Shown here piece by piece: positions 1-13,149 of a stretch of DNA of 64,000 nucleotides. The notes beneath the pieces were generated by a model, which saw only the letters and a list, made by a program, of their open reading frames with translations, searched no databases and was not told the origin of the DNA. The translations under genes and the position numbers were made by a program. The stretch is from Octopus sinensis. Taxonomy: Eukaryota. Location of the stretch: positions 171,988,001 through 172,052,000 of the forward strand of contig NC_042999.1 of the NCBI RefSeq assembly GCF_006345805.1. Direction: 5' to 3'. The first letter of the stretch is position 1. Every line of letters begins with the position of its first letter.

Positions 1-540
1 AGAGATACATACATAGATACATGCATATATTCTTTAAGTATCTGTACACTTCCACGTTCATACTCGTATAAGTATTCAACAATATAGTTCTTGCCTACTC
101 TCCAAAGTTTGGAGCCATATTCCTCTTAGCTATTTCCAGTAGCTCCTCTTTTCCGTCTAAGCTCTCCTTTTTGCTCACCTAAGTTCTATGTCTTTAATAC
201 TGACGCGGAATGTATGTGAAATTAGAGAAGTGTCCAGTAATTTTGGCAGCTACACTTAGTCCTCTTTTAATCATTGTACAAAATATGCTTCTAAGTTTTT
301 GCGACGTTATCACTTGAAGTTCTGGATAAGTTACTGCAGGCACCTTTCTATTTTTCATGTCTTTTTTTTAAAAAAAAGCTTGCTTCAAAAAATATTTGCT
401 TCTCTTGCACAGTTCGACCTCAATTCATGTATGACTTAAGGGTGGAAACGTGTGTATTTGTATCTTTGTGTTTGCGCATGTATATACACATGCGTGTATG
501 TGTGCGTTTTGTGTGTGTGTGTGTGTTTACACACATATTT

Positions 541-697
541 ACGACAGGTTTCATTCACTTTCCTTCCACTAAGTTTTGATTTGTTAACAAGACTTTGGTT
601 GGCCCCCGGCACTATAACAGCCGAAAGTGCAATGCAGTGGACTTAACCAGAAGCCGTGTGGTTGGGAAGCAAGGTTCTTACCACACAACTGCTCTTG
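541..697 (-). mobile_element. tRNA-derived SINE family A, head half only, diverged
   Basis: Reverse complement aligns by eye to the 5' half of the full copies at 40700-41090 and 44584-44997 (gtggtaagaacc..., ccaaagtcttgt..., gtcgt); flanked by CA/GT microsatellites. Confidence 0.7.
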
Positions 698-1917
698 ACA
701 CACACACACACACATATATATGTGTGTATATATATATGCGTATATGTGCCTGTGTCAGTGTGTGAACATGTATGCAAATTTGTGTATTATATTGATAATA
801 TATGTTGCTAGGTACAGGATGAGTTAATTACGTGTATATTCGAATTTACATGAAAATGAAAAGGTAAAAATAGTATGATTTAATGCTCCGTAATTGTTGA
901 CTGAGCAAGTGAAAGTAAAATATCAATTGAACCAGCTCCCGGACAGTAGAAATTACACCTATTATCATAAGCGAACGGAGGAATGCGTTTGTATATGCTG
1001 CAGTGTTTCATTATATGTATATCGTAAAGCATATATACAACTCCAGTATATCGAGACAAGCACAAGTATAGATTTCAACAATAAGAAAACAGCTGACTGC
1101 ATGTGTAATCGGACACGATACAGACACCTCTGTATCAATTACCAACAGCGCAGGTAAATTAATAATTGCTAAATTATTACAATTGCACATAACCACTACC
1201 ACTACGGACACGACAAATAACATAATCACGCTTGCTAGTTCTACCTGCTTACCCATAAGAAACACTATCGCCAACCCTTTCGGCACCAACACCAACAATA
1301 TAATATACACAACCACTATACATTCAGAGTACGTTGAAATGACTGGCTAATATCCAACCAACAAAGTATAGTTTAATATTTCCAACTACCTGCTAAAATT
1401 AGCAGTTAAATATACCTCAAACAGCTGCAAACATTTTAAAAGAATACAAACGAAATGGAGGAATATAGTTGTATATATATATTATAAAAGAAAACGAAAG
1501 TTTACTCCTGTTAGTAATCTTTTATTCACAGACTTAGTTTAACGGGACTGATTTTAGAATAAACAAAATCCCAACTACAGGAACAGACACATTCACATAT
1601 ACAAATCTAAATGAATTAAGACGTTGGCTAGCAGGCAGAATTTTGGGAGCCCCTGTCACATTCTTCTAAAAGTATTAATAAGTATGTACCCTACTAAGAA
1701 GTATTGAATAATTCATGTGTTTAACTTTATAGTGTTATTATTGAATGATAACTTGACATAAACGGAGGTGTTACTATATGTATGCATATACATACATGCA
1801 TTTATATATATATATATATATATCTTTGTGTAAATGTATATATATGTGTATATAAATATATACACACATATACATACATATATATTTTATATATATGTAT
1901 TTATCTATATATTTATT

Positions 1918-1974
<57 letters not shown>

Positions 1975-2019
1975 TTGTATCGTGGGTCAGTGTTGAAAAG
2001 TTACTAATCAGTCAAAGAA

Positions 2020-2112
2020 ATCAAATTCATATCGTATTTTTAAGATGACCCAATACATATTTACTTTCCTGGCTCTAATGAATGGTAGTAATGTTGTACA
2101 TTTTTTTAACGA
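2020..2112 (+). repeat. ~90 bp dispersed repeat, copy 1 (copy 2 at 5770-5859)
   Basis: Shared atcaaattcatatcgtatt...acccaat...tttactttcctg...tagtaatgt; roughly 75% identical by eye. Confidence 0.7.
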
Positions 2113-2303
2113 AAGAAAAATGGTAAGATGAAAAAAAAACAAAAAACAATCCAAACATTCAAAAGTATATATGTATATGCTAATTATGCAGCAAGCATTG
2201 TGACTAAATAACACATACGAAATTGTGGACAATAACGTGTCTCTATATAACAATATAATGCAGGGTAATAATGTGATTAAATGCGATCGTATTTCTAAAG
2301 TAC

Positions 2304-2335
<32 letters not shown>

Positions 2336-2530
2336 GTGTTTATTTTTTAGTGGACTAGTGTATTAAGCTCACAAAGTTGTCATCATACCTGTGCCTGTGT
2401 ACGTGTGTTTGCATGTGTGCACCGGTCTCCCTGTGTGTGTACACTGCCTGCTTTATGAAAGTGATATATATAAATATGTATATGTAGAGCCGCACACGCT
2501 CACACAGAAACGCACACACACACACACACA

Positions 2531-2578
<48 letters not shown>

Positions 2579-5500
2579 CTGTATGTGTTACATTCACGTA
2601 GACACGTATTTACCAGTATGTTTTGTAAGGCGGAAATCGACATACATGTACGCATGTGTGTGTCTGTAAATGTGAATATATATATATGAATATATGTATT
2701 ATTATATATATTATATATATTATACATATTACATATTCGTAGGTAAATGCTTATATTTAATGTTTACGTATATGTGTGTGTTTTTGCATGTGTACGTGTG
2801 TTCGTATGCGTATGTGTTTGTGTGAGTGTGTGATTGTGTAAATATATTAAATATGTATTTGTGTTAGCTTGCGACTCTGTGTGTGCGCGTGCGTGCCTGT
2901 GTGTATGCGTATGTGTATGTGTTTGTGTATTTGTGTATGTGTATGTGTGTTTGTTTGTGTATTTGTGTGTGTGTGTGTATGTGTGTGTGTGTGCGTGTGT
3001 GTGTTAAGAAATAGCGGAAGTTCTTGGAACACCCAGCAGGCATGGGATATCAGCTAGAACTGCTTGTCTATGTTGTGTCACCGGCATACATGCCTGCTTG
3101 CGTTTTGCCTGACTCTCGCCTTCATATAGTCTACTTACCGTGTTGGATGGACGCTCATTATAACTTTTCAAAACAGATACTAGCTTCAACACGCAGGACA
3201 ATTTTCTAAAGCTTCACGAATATAGCAGTAATACAGAGTGCCAAACCAGGGAGTAAAAATATTATACATATATATATATATATATAAATACATTACTTTC
3301 ACACCCGTATGTACGATATATAGATAAATATATTTTTATAAATTATATTTATTTATATACCTGGCAGTGAGAAAGAACCTGAGTGATAACTAACAAACGT
3401 AAAGTAAGTTGTTTTTTTTTTTTTTTTGTATACCTAAGTTTGATGTTGATTGTTACGTACATATATAGTTTTCCTTCAAGCATTTACGAAATAGAAAATC
3501 TCCAGTCCATTGGCTTTGTATTGAATTGATTTGTTATCTGAGTTCTTGTGTGAAGTTTGTTTGTAATTATTATACTTTAGCGGTACTTCTTCACGTTTAT
3601 TCCTCAACAGCATTTAGGTTACAAACGGCTCCAGTCCTTCAAGCACTACTATAACGGTATTTGCCTCGGAGCGAATTCTGCTCGTGCCACGTCCAGTAGA
3701 CACTGCTCTCGCTCGTCTCCCTTCCTACTATCTTCCGCGTGTCCACCCCATACCCTAATCTGATTGCTACACCCATTCTTTCCTCCTCGGACATTTCAGA
3801 ATTCCCACCCTGTTCAGTTCTCTTCCACAAGTGTTCATTTACAAAATTTCAAAAAGAATATGAATATCATTGGGAAGTAAACTGGTGTAGTATGCCCCCT
3901 AAGGGCTGTGAGCCTTACCCTATCCGCAAAACTAAGCTGTTTGTATGTAAGTTATTTGATATATTACTCGGTGTGTTGAATATTCGACAAGTATCACGTG
4001 AACTTACAGTTAGTGTCAGTTCCTATTTCACTTGTAATTTGATTCGAAATTTTGATATAATCCTCGATACCCGAAAATAAGTTATTTCCCCTCTTTTTCA
4101 TTTTCTGTCATAGAGGTATTCTACTTTGTCCGGTATCCGGGTGTCTCACATATGAGATCGTGATGTTACTTCAATCGAAGTATTGCTCCATCTCAGAATA
4201 GAAACCCATTACTGTTAATTAGTTCCCTATGAAGCCGGCGACTGGAGATCGAATTTGAACTCTAAATGTAAAATGATGAAACTTTAATGGCTAAGTGTCG
4301 CTTTTTGACACGTTGTACATGTGTGACACTCCATCATCTACTACTACTATTTTTTTTCTTATCGACTTCCAAAATGAGAAAAGTTAACCTAACAGAATTT
4401 TAAATTAGATTACTGACTATCGGGACACATTTCACATAACGTCGTATCCGACTCTTTACCTACTCTGCCAATTTATTTGTTCTCCTGTATGAAAGGGCAA
4501 ATTTTCAATCATGTCCTAAACGAAAGGAATTTTACTTTAAACTCTTGAACTTTAACAATTGCGTAATGTGAAAATCATCGTAATTGCATTCTTGAACAGG
4601 TGATTCTTTTAATGTCGAAAGCGTCTACCAATGATCAAAATTTTCCATACATGACCTCCTCGTGGTCATTGTGTAATTCAACATGCTTTATTCCCAAACT
4701 ATATTATTTGTAGTGGTTTCGATTTAATGTTTGGAAGTTTTTGCTGCTATGTCTTGTAAGTCTCACACGCAGGCTATTTCCCACTAGGTCATGATAACTG
4801 ATGCTAATTCATTTAGGAAGGAATATAATTAAATGTATTTTAATTTTCTAAATTCAACTTGCTAAATACTAATTCTTTATCTCAGTAAGTCTCTTTTACC
4901 TTTATTTTAAAGTTGGATATTAATCGAACAGGCATCAACTTGCCGGCTGAATATGGAATTCTATTACCTATAACTTTTTGCACCTGTTTCATCAGGTAAA
5001 ACTTGTAACTGCCATTTCCTTGGGCTTCTGAGCATGAACGTTATTCTTCATTATCTCGTTTAACCTGGCTCTCCAGGATAGGTGGGTAATTAAGTTAGAA
5101 AATTACATGTGATGAATTGTTATCCTGTCCACGATTGATTTTTTTCCCTAATACATCATGCCATGAAGTAAAAACTATAATCTGATTTTCAAAGAAACAC
5201 TGATGCTCACACTGAATTTATTTTCTTATTGTGTTATCACTTGCTTTACATTCTCTTTATCAAGTTTTGGAGATCTTTAAGATCAAGACACATTTCCCAT
5301 TTGTGTTGCACTATGTGGATGAACAAAACCCTTCCCTTGCTAATATTATTAATCTACTGCAGGTAAAGTTGCCACACTTCTGCACATTATTCGAGTCATT
5401 TAAATAGAGAACTAACGTATTTTCTGCTTCGAAGCATTACATTTTGATTCTAGAAGTTTCAATTCTTGAATATTGATATTTCTTTATAATGCGATACTTA

Positions 5501-5769
5501 GGGCAACTTAAGACCTAGACAAATGTTATGTGTAAAATTAAACACAAATACTCCCTATTAATTTCACTATTAGGACATTATCGACTGCTTAGATATTTGC
5601 AAATGAAAAACCGCATCTTATTTGTTTTTTTTTTTATATGTTTAGAGCCATGCCAGCCCTGCTCGGGCGTATATTTCTCTAATGCTGTATGTGGATAGAT
5701 GCTGCGATCGAACTGTGATTATAGCATCTATTTACACACAGTAAAACAATGAAATCAAATTTCTATCAT

Positions 5770-5859
5770 ATCAAATTCATATCGTATTACTAAAATAACC
5801 CAATTCATGTTTACTTTCCTGACTCAAATGGATAGTAGTAATGTATAATTTTTAAACGG
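5770..5859 (+). repeat. ~90 bp dispersed repeat, copy 2
   Basis: Matches 2020-2112. Confidence 0.7.
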
Positions 5860-6298
5860 AATAATTTTGAATGCTGAAACGATATTTGATTCATATATGA
5901 CTGATATTGCTAGCACGTCAGGTAAACATTCATTTGCGTCTTCTGAAGATTTACCTGTGAATTATGCATATTACCTCCTCCATTCCCTCCTTATTTTCAG
6001 CAGCCACAATATCACCAAATCGTTATCAGTTCATTGAACTCCTCGTTGTTATGATTCCTTCTCTGTTTGTTGATCTGAGTATATATTAGCTATATATTGT
6101 TAGTGTATCCAAAGGCTGAGCTTCACTTGGACTGCTGTAGAATAAAAGCCCATTACTGCAGCTTTTAATTTACGCAAAACATTTTTTGTTAGTTTGAACT
6201 ATTTAATAATTAGATTTGAAATCATAATATTTATCCTCTATTTAACATTGAAATATACGAATTTGTTTTGCCTATATTATAACATATTTAAAAATGTA

Positions 6299-6480
6299 GG
6301 GAGTTGGCAGAACCGTAGGCACGCCGGGGCATTTCGTCTATCTTTTGTTCAAATTCCACTGAAGTAGATTTACCTTTCATCGTTTAAGGGTCGATCAAAT
6401 AAGCACCAGTTGAGCATTGGGGTTAATGTAATCGGCTTATCGAAATATCTGGCTTTGTGCCAAACTTTGAAATCGATATA
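6299..6480 (+). mobile_element. SINE family B, diverged
   Basis: Contains gttcaaattcc (B-box-like) and the central block cctttcatc...ggtcgat..aataag.accagttgagcattgggg shared with 10533-10712 and 10865-11090. Confidence 0.7.
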
Positions 6481-7570
6481 ACATACTTAAATAGAAATGA
6501 TTTAAAATATTTTCCAACAAGAAAAGATTATTCTTTGTCACACATATGAATTTTTTCTGATGTAATCTAACCAGTTAAACACTAATTTTGTTCAAAAGTT
6601 TAAGATGAGAATTAAGACCAAACTATTTTGTTTTTCATTTTTTGATATGAACCGTTATTCTCACCATAGGGATAGTAATGGTAGAAATGAAATTCTTCTA
6701 CATCATAATTTTCAATCATTCATCAACGGAACATCGAGGCGTCTTTGAGATTTTATTACTATATCGGAAAACGCCGCGTCCTCCTCTTTTGAGCTTTTCT
6801 CAATTTCTGAAGAAAATAACACTGCGTTTCTTCAGCCTATTTATCTCTCACATGATGAACAAACTGAGAGATGGAGAAGAGGTGAGAGAGAAGATATGAT
6901 AATCAATGAACAAATTTATAATGATAAATATCTAATAATAAATTATCAGAAATATAAGTTGATTTTTTTTGTAAATCCTTCTTAAAGTTTTACTGTTTCG
7001 CACTCCAATGCAGATATTAGTTCGAAATTAAAAATACTCTTTTTTTCACGCCACAGAAATGTATCCAAGTTCACACACACAAAAATTATAATAAACAATT
7101 ATGTTGACTGATACCGTTTCCCTCGGTCTCTGTTGTTTATACTTTTGAACTATGTTTTCAAATTCGTATTGTAAAAAAAATATGAATTTCAACGCAGTAA
7201 TATTTCCCCAGATTATTGTCTTCAACCTTATATCTGTTGTCAGAAAAGAATGAAACCAAGCTTCCAAACCCATGTTCATAAGATATATATCACATTGTCT
7301 TTTTAATTTTAATTGTTGCAGCAACCGCATTGTTGCTGTAAGCTTTCCTTGCACAACTGGGTTTTGCTGTATGATATGCGTGCAATCAGTGATTTGTTTC
7401 TATTCAATGCTCATTCATTAAGCATGTTTTTATAGGCACTGTTTCTGCTTATAATCGGCAAGTTCTAGTTAACTTCATTTACAGTTATTTATACTTAAAT
7501 AGTTTCTCACTCTCACCCCGCAATCTTTGCACTTGCGCGCGTGCACGCGTCCGCTTTCCGGACGAATATA

Positions 7571-7609
7571 TGGATAGACAGATAGACAGACAGATAGATA
7601 GGTAGATAA

Positions 7610-7640
<31 letters not shown>

Positions 7641-7641
7641 T
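7571..7641. repeat. (GATA)n/(GACA)n microsatellite
   Basis: Directly visible tandem tetranucleotides. Confidence 0.95.
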
Positions 7642-8292
7642 ACATTAATCATTCACTGAGAAAGGTCTGTGGTGAGAGTTATCAAACATGTTGGTGTTAT
7701 TGAGGACCGTCTAAGCAATCTCTTCTTCACGGTTTTATAACGAAAAATATAAAGAAATTTCAAATTGGTGTAGGAGTACAACAGAGGGAGAATGGAGCAT
7801 TACCAGGTCGTTATGAAAGTTAGCAACAAATTAGCACCTCTTAGAGCATTTATTCCGAAATGAAAATACCATTCTTTGCGGAAGCAGCTCAGAGTTCAGT
7901 CAAGTTTACTCAAAGATGTAATGTTCAATGATTGTGATCATTTAATGAAAAGGTTGGTGCAATGTTAGCCGACGCTGTCAAACAAAGGATCGTCAGCTGT
8001 GACAAAAGATTTCGTAAGGTGGACATAACTGTAGAAGATAAAATATAACCGTATCACTGATGCCGTCTTATTATATTCCGAACATTGGTAAGAGGGTTAC
8101 ATAGATGCACTTTTTTGTACACTGTCGTAGCTAAATGAGCTGAGATGAAATGAAAGAATGATCCACAGTTTAGGAACTTCTCTGATCTGCCACCAGTGGT
8201 TGTTGCAATTATTTTTCTTTTTAACATTTCAATATGTTCTAATCTTTGTATTTATCTTATACCCTTAAAGTAACTAAAATATTATATTTATA

Positions 8293-8326
<34 letters not shown>

Positions 8327-8327
<1 letters not shown>

Positions 8328-8738
8328 TCACTAGTACTATTTTTATCACGTACGTTTACTGCACTACAGAACGCAACTCTGTGTGCCTTGGGTATGTGCT
8401 GTGATTTGTTGTGGTTCTCGTATTTTCACTGTCTTGAAAGTGTTTTACGAAGGATTGTGTGGTGCCTAGTAGTGCTATTTTGTGTATGTTATATATACTT
8501 GTAAGTCCTGGTGTTTTTGTTATGTATTTCTCTGACTGATTTTTTATCATACCTAATAATACCATAATAGGATGAGAATTGTTTGTTTTTAGGTCCCACA
8601 TTCGATTTACCTCTGTTTCCAGATCATTGTATTTTGAAAGTTTCTCCGTTTTTCAGAGAAACATTGTCACCTGTTGGTATTGATACATGGATTACAAAGC
8701 AATTTTTTCTTGGTTATCTCTAACAACTATATCCAGCC
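8327..8738 (-). mobile_element. 5'-truncated R4/Dong-like (REL endonuclease) non-LTR retrotransposon 3' end, subfamily 3
   Basis: Minus-strand pieces RLDIVVRDNQEK and EVNRMWDLKT...LGMIK...HKIALLGTT match the (R/K)PD..D-type REL C-terminus; bracketed by (TAA)n on both sides (8292-8326, 8739-8760). Confidence 0.75.
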
Positions 8739-9031
8739 TATTATTATTATTATTATTATTATGGCTGACGGTTAGTAAGGAGAGACAGAAATAAGAAAGA
8801 AGAAAACAAAGGACCACTGATGCGGTCACAGGAGTGTGACGAAAGAACTCTGGCCAAAATAAGATTAAGATTAATGTAAAAAATAAATAACACTGAAGCA
8901 AAATAACACCAAATATATAGTGCATGTGTTTTTATTGGCTATACTGGCAATATGACCATTTCCGAAATATAACAATATCTGTTTCGACACACGACTTCAC
9001 ATAAAAAATATTGCACAACAAATATTTAAAC

Positions 9032-9077
<46 letters not shown>

Positions 9078-9157
9078 CAGAAGTTGTAGTAGTCTCATTA
9101 TTATCATTATTATTGTTGTTGTTGCTGTTATTCAAAGTCTTTCATTGTTTCGGGGTC

Positions 9158-9248
9158 AATAAATTTCCAGTGAAACACAGGGGTGGATGTAATCGCCTAG
9201 ACCCTCCTCCGAATTTCAGGCCTTGTGCCTATAGTAGAACGGATTATG
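9158..9248 (+). mobile_element. SINE family B 3' fragment
   Basis: gatgtaatcg...aatttcaggccttgtgcctatagtagaacggattat matches the tail of 10533-10712; runs into (TAT)n. Confidence 0.65.
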
Positions 9249-9266
9249 GTTATTATTATTTATTAT

Positions 9267-9436
9267 CTTTGCACAGCGTCTAACGCTTGAGATGTGATAC
9301 GGTGTCTCCTGTTCACTACGTGTGAACTAAGGTAGCACCCCTTTGAGCGCCATCTGGAGTATTCGAGCGGTTACAAGGAGTGCTGTTTCCTGCAAGCGCT
9401 CCACCCTTATTGCAGCCCCTATTTGTCCCATGTACC
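9267..9436 (-). mobile_element. R4/Dong-like LINE extreme 3' fragment, subfamily 1
   Basis: Reverse complement aligns to 12930-13087 (gctgcaataagggtggagc..ttgcag...taccttagtt...gtagtgaacag); TAA repeats on both sides. Confidence 0.8.
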
Positions 9437-9462
9437 TTATTATTATTATTATTATTATTATT

Positions 9463-10525
9463 TACTTTTGATCTACACATTTGTTACAGTCACTCTTCGA
9501 GACACACCCAGCGTCCTGGGGTGAGTGAAGAGTAAGAGATGTTATATTATGACCGAAAGTTTAGGGAGGAAGTGTAGCGAAATATCTTCATAGAATACCA
9601 CACAAACATTGAAATGGATAGAGTATTTTTAATGATATGGGCGGTACTTGTCATTACAATTTTTTGGATTTCTCTGACATATGGTTCTCCTGGAATATTA
9701 ATTAAATGTTTCTGTCATTCCTTTTTTTTATCATATCTAGGGCACCTAAAATAACTAAAACACTTCTCGCTTTAAGATGCCAACTATTTTGTATTTCAAG
9801 TTCCAGGTCCTTATATTTATTCAGTTTGTCAAATTACTTTACACAAGTATTTTTATCGCTGGGAACACTTTCGTTTATTTGCCTATAAGAATTTTCTTCC
9901 TTGTCTTTAATAATTATGTCTCGTCGATTAGCCTGGATCAGTCTGTCAGTGTTGACTGGAAAATCCCAGAGAATAGTGACATTTTTGCTTTCAACAGCTG
10001 GCTCAGGCTGATGTTCATACCATTAAGCAGGAGTGCTGATTTTGTTGTCTTTACATATTTTCCAATCTAAATACTCTCCTACCCTATCGTGGAGATTTTG
10101 TATTCATTTGGATCAGCACAAGACATCCTGAGACAAGATGGTCTATTGCTTCGTTATATGTGTTGCAGAATCTGCATTTAGGTTAATAACCATTTTGAAG
10201 AGCGTTAGGCGGGTAGTTTTTGGTGAGCAAGCTTTGATTTTGTGTCGCCAATATAAAACCTTCGGTCTCTGCTTTCAGTCCTCAACTTCTCAGCGACTGA
10301 TGTGTCGTTGCCTGATTTACATCAGAATTTTGACTTCCAAGTAAATACTGTTCATACTGAGGCTTCTGGCTCCACTGCTTCTCAATTTGTTTCTTCCCGT
10401 TCATTTTTGTAGTCTGCTTGATCCATTTCGCTTGGTTTGTGGAAGTGGTTTCAGGTTTTCAACTATTTCAGGGTTCCCTTGCGAATTTGCAAGCTTCTTT
10501 GACAATAGAATGTGATATTTTGCTG
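9463..10525 (-). mobile_element. 5'-truncated R4/Dong-like LINE, subfamily 2 (CCHC knuckle + REL), pseudogenised
   Basis: Minus-strand translation with stops/frameshifts: GLKAETEGFILATQNQ, CRFCNTYNEAIDHLVSGC, WYEHQPEPAVESKNVTILWDF, ANRRDIIIKDKE, KYKDLELEI, EIQKIVMTSTAHI; 3' end runs into (TAA)n 9437-9462. Confidence 0.85.
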
Positions 10526-10532
10526 CTTTCGT

Positions 10533-10712
10533 GTTTGCTACCATGTCGCAGCCTCCACAGTTTTTACGTTCTAGGATCAAATTCCACCGAGGTCGATTTT
10601 GCGGTTCATTCGTTCGGGATCCATAAAATAAGTACTAATTGAGTACTGGGGTCGATGTAATCGACAATGCTCCTTCCCCAAATTTCAGGCCGTGTGCTTA
10701 TAATATAAATTA
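10533..10712 (+). mobile_element. SINE family B
   Basis: tcaaattccaccgaggtcgattttgc...aaaataagtact..ttgagtactggggtcgatgtaatcgac; ends in an ATT-like tail. Confidence 0.8.
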
Positions 10713-10864
10713 TTATAATTTTCTACTTGCCTTTTTTCAAGTTTGTTTCCATTTCTTGTTGAATAACTTCTCAAAACTTTGGGCAAAGAAACACACAACA
10801 TACATTGGTAGGCCATAAAAAAACATGCCAAATTGTTCATTTATAATATATAATTATTATTATT

Positions 10865-11090
10865 AAGGTACCAAACTAGCAGAATCTCTACCACGCGGAG
10901 CAAGATGCTTTGCGAATTTCATCCGTCTTTACATTATAAGTTCAATTCCGCCGATGTTGACTTTGTCTTTCATAATTTTGGGGTCGACAGAATAAGTACA
11001 TTTGAGCACTGGGGTCAATGCACCCGACCTACCACCCACCCCACCGCCAAAGAAATTGCTAGCCTTGTGCCAGAATTTGAAACCATTATT
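10865..11090 (+). mobile_element. SINE family B, near full length
   Basis: Head, gttcaattccgccgatgttgactttgtctttcat core, tail gccttgtgccagaatttgaaacc then (ATT)n 11087-11128. Confidence 0.8.
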
Positions 11091-11147
11091 GTTATTATTA
11101 TTATTAATATTATTATTATTATTATTATTAAGAAGAAGAAGAACGGG

Positions 11148-11290
11148 AGGAATGGGTTGGTTGATTGCATCAACCCTAGAAAGGGAAACTAAAGTCAACT
11201 CTGGCGGAATGTGGGCTCAGAAAATAAGGACGCATGATATACCGCTAAGCATTTTGCCTTAAGTGCTAACGATTCTGCAAGGTCAGCGCC
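11148..11290 (-). mobile_element. SINE family B, internally deleted, inverted relative to 10865-11090
   Basis: Reverse complement: tggcgctgaccttgcagaatcgttagcac...aaaatgcttagcggtat...attccgccagagttgactttagtttcc. Confidence 0.7.
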
Positions 11291-11333
<43 letters not shown>

Positions 11334-13087
11334 GAGGTACCAAGGATCAACTCCTAATAGATAAAACTGTACTCAGAGACTGCAAGAGGAGGAAAAATAA
11401 CTTAGCCATGTCATGGATCGACGATCGTAAGGCGTACGATATTATCCCACATTCTTGGATTATGGAATGTATGAACCTAATTGGGATTGCATCGAATGTT
11501 GAACGATTGCTTGGAAAAAGTATGGCGAAATGGAGGAGGGACCTGACAGCATACGGAAGAAGTTTAGGGACAGTAGATATTAGGAGGGGCATCTTCCAAG
11601 AGGATTGCCTGTCCCTACTGATTTTTGTACTGTGCTTGATACCACTGACACTGATTCTCAGGAAAGCAAATGTTCGTTATGTATTCAAAAGCCGCTAACA
11701 AAATGTCGACCATTTGTTATTCATGGATGACCTCAAACTTCATGGTAAAGATGAAACCCAAGTCAGTTCCCTCGTTGATACAGTGAGTGCGTTCAATGCT
11801 GATATCAGAATGGATTTCAGACTGAGAAAGTGTGTTGTGTTAATCTTGAAGAGAAGTAACATAACTGTATGGACGGAGTAGCGATACCGTCGGGGGAGGT
11901 TATGAAGCAGATAGAAGAAACGGGATATAAGTACTTGGGGATTTAGGAAATGGATAAATTAATGGAGAAAGAAATGAGAGAAAAATTTAAGGTGGGATAC
12001 TTCCGTAGACTGAGACTGATACTTAAATTGAAATTAAATGGACGGAATAAGATCGAAGTTATCAATACCTGGGCGGTTCCACTCCTTAGATATGGAGCAG
12101 GGGTAATCACATGGAGAGTAGATGAACTAAACAGCTTAGACAGAGAGACAAGGAAGTTGCTAACTAGATATGGTTCACTCCACCTAAAAAGTGACACAGG
12201 GAGACTGTATATACCAAGAAAAAGAGGTGGAAGAGGACTTATCGGGTGCGAACACAGCATTGGAGCAGAAGAAAACAACGTAGTATGGTATGTAAAAAAA
12301 GACAGACAGAAAAACAAGATGGCTGTGGATAAATAAAAGTGATTTAAAACCGGAAACATAGGCTCTAATATGTTCTGCTCAAGAGCAAGCACTAAGAACT
12401 AACTACATAAAATACAGACTAGACAACACACCAGAAAGAGATAAGTGCAGAATCTGTGGACAAAACGGTGAGACCGTATGGTATATTACCAGCAAATGTA
12501 CGCCACTAGTCGAGAAGGAATATAAGAGACGCCACGACGATACAGCCAGGCTAGTCCATTGGACACTTTACAACAATTATGGACTTGACAGTGAAAGAAT
12601 TTGGTTCGACCGCAAACCTGAAGGCATTGTTGAAAATGGAAATGCAATGATCCTATGGGGTTTTATGATTCAGTGCGACCGTGATATTGAGAATAGGAAG
12701 CCCGACATTGTCTTAATTGAGAAAGAAAACAAACTATGCTGGCTCATAAATATAGCATGCCCAGCTGGCAACAAGTTATGCGTTAAGGAAGTATGAAAAA
12801 TCGAGATGTATGACACGTTAGCTTGGGAATTTAAACAGTTGTGGTCGATGAAAAGGGTAGCAGTAGTATCAATGATTTTCGGAGCCCTGGGAACAGTGAG
12901 CAAAAATCTCGAGATGTACATGGAACAAATAGAGGCTGCATTAAGGGTGGAGCCCTTGCAGAAAGCAGCACTGCTTGGAACCGCTCAAATACTCGGAAGG
13001 TGCTCGGGAAATGAGAGGTGTTACCTTAGTTAACTGGTAGTGAACAGCTGACACTGTAGTACACATTCGTCGTTAGAAGGCAACTAT
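11334..13087 (+). mobile_element. 5'-truncated R4/Dong-like non-LTR retrotransposon, subfamily 1 (RT + CCHC + REL), pseudogenised
   Basis: RT motifs [37 protein letters not shown]; thumb KLNGRNKIEVINTWAVP...RGGRGL; CRICGQNGETV...C...YKRRHD; RKPDIVLIEK..CWLINIACP; in-frame stops. Starts right after (TAA)n 11291-11333 and ends in degenerate TAA. Confidence 0.92.
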
Positions 13088-13149
13088 GATAATAATGATG
13101 AGAATAATAGTAAGGAATATTATTTCATTAATTTATGCGTGTCTCTACT

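Noticed and set aside
894-1316. Overlapping ORFs 894-1157(+) and 1011-1316(-)
   Set aside because: No domain motif, non-ATG start on the plus ORF and no consistent exon chain.
4500-6150. Possible decayed transposase on the minus strand
   Set aside because: Stops in all frames and no diagnostic DDE motif I could recognise.
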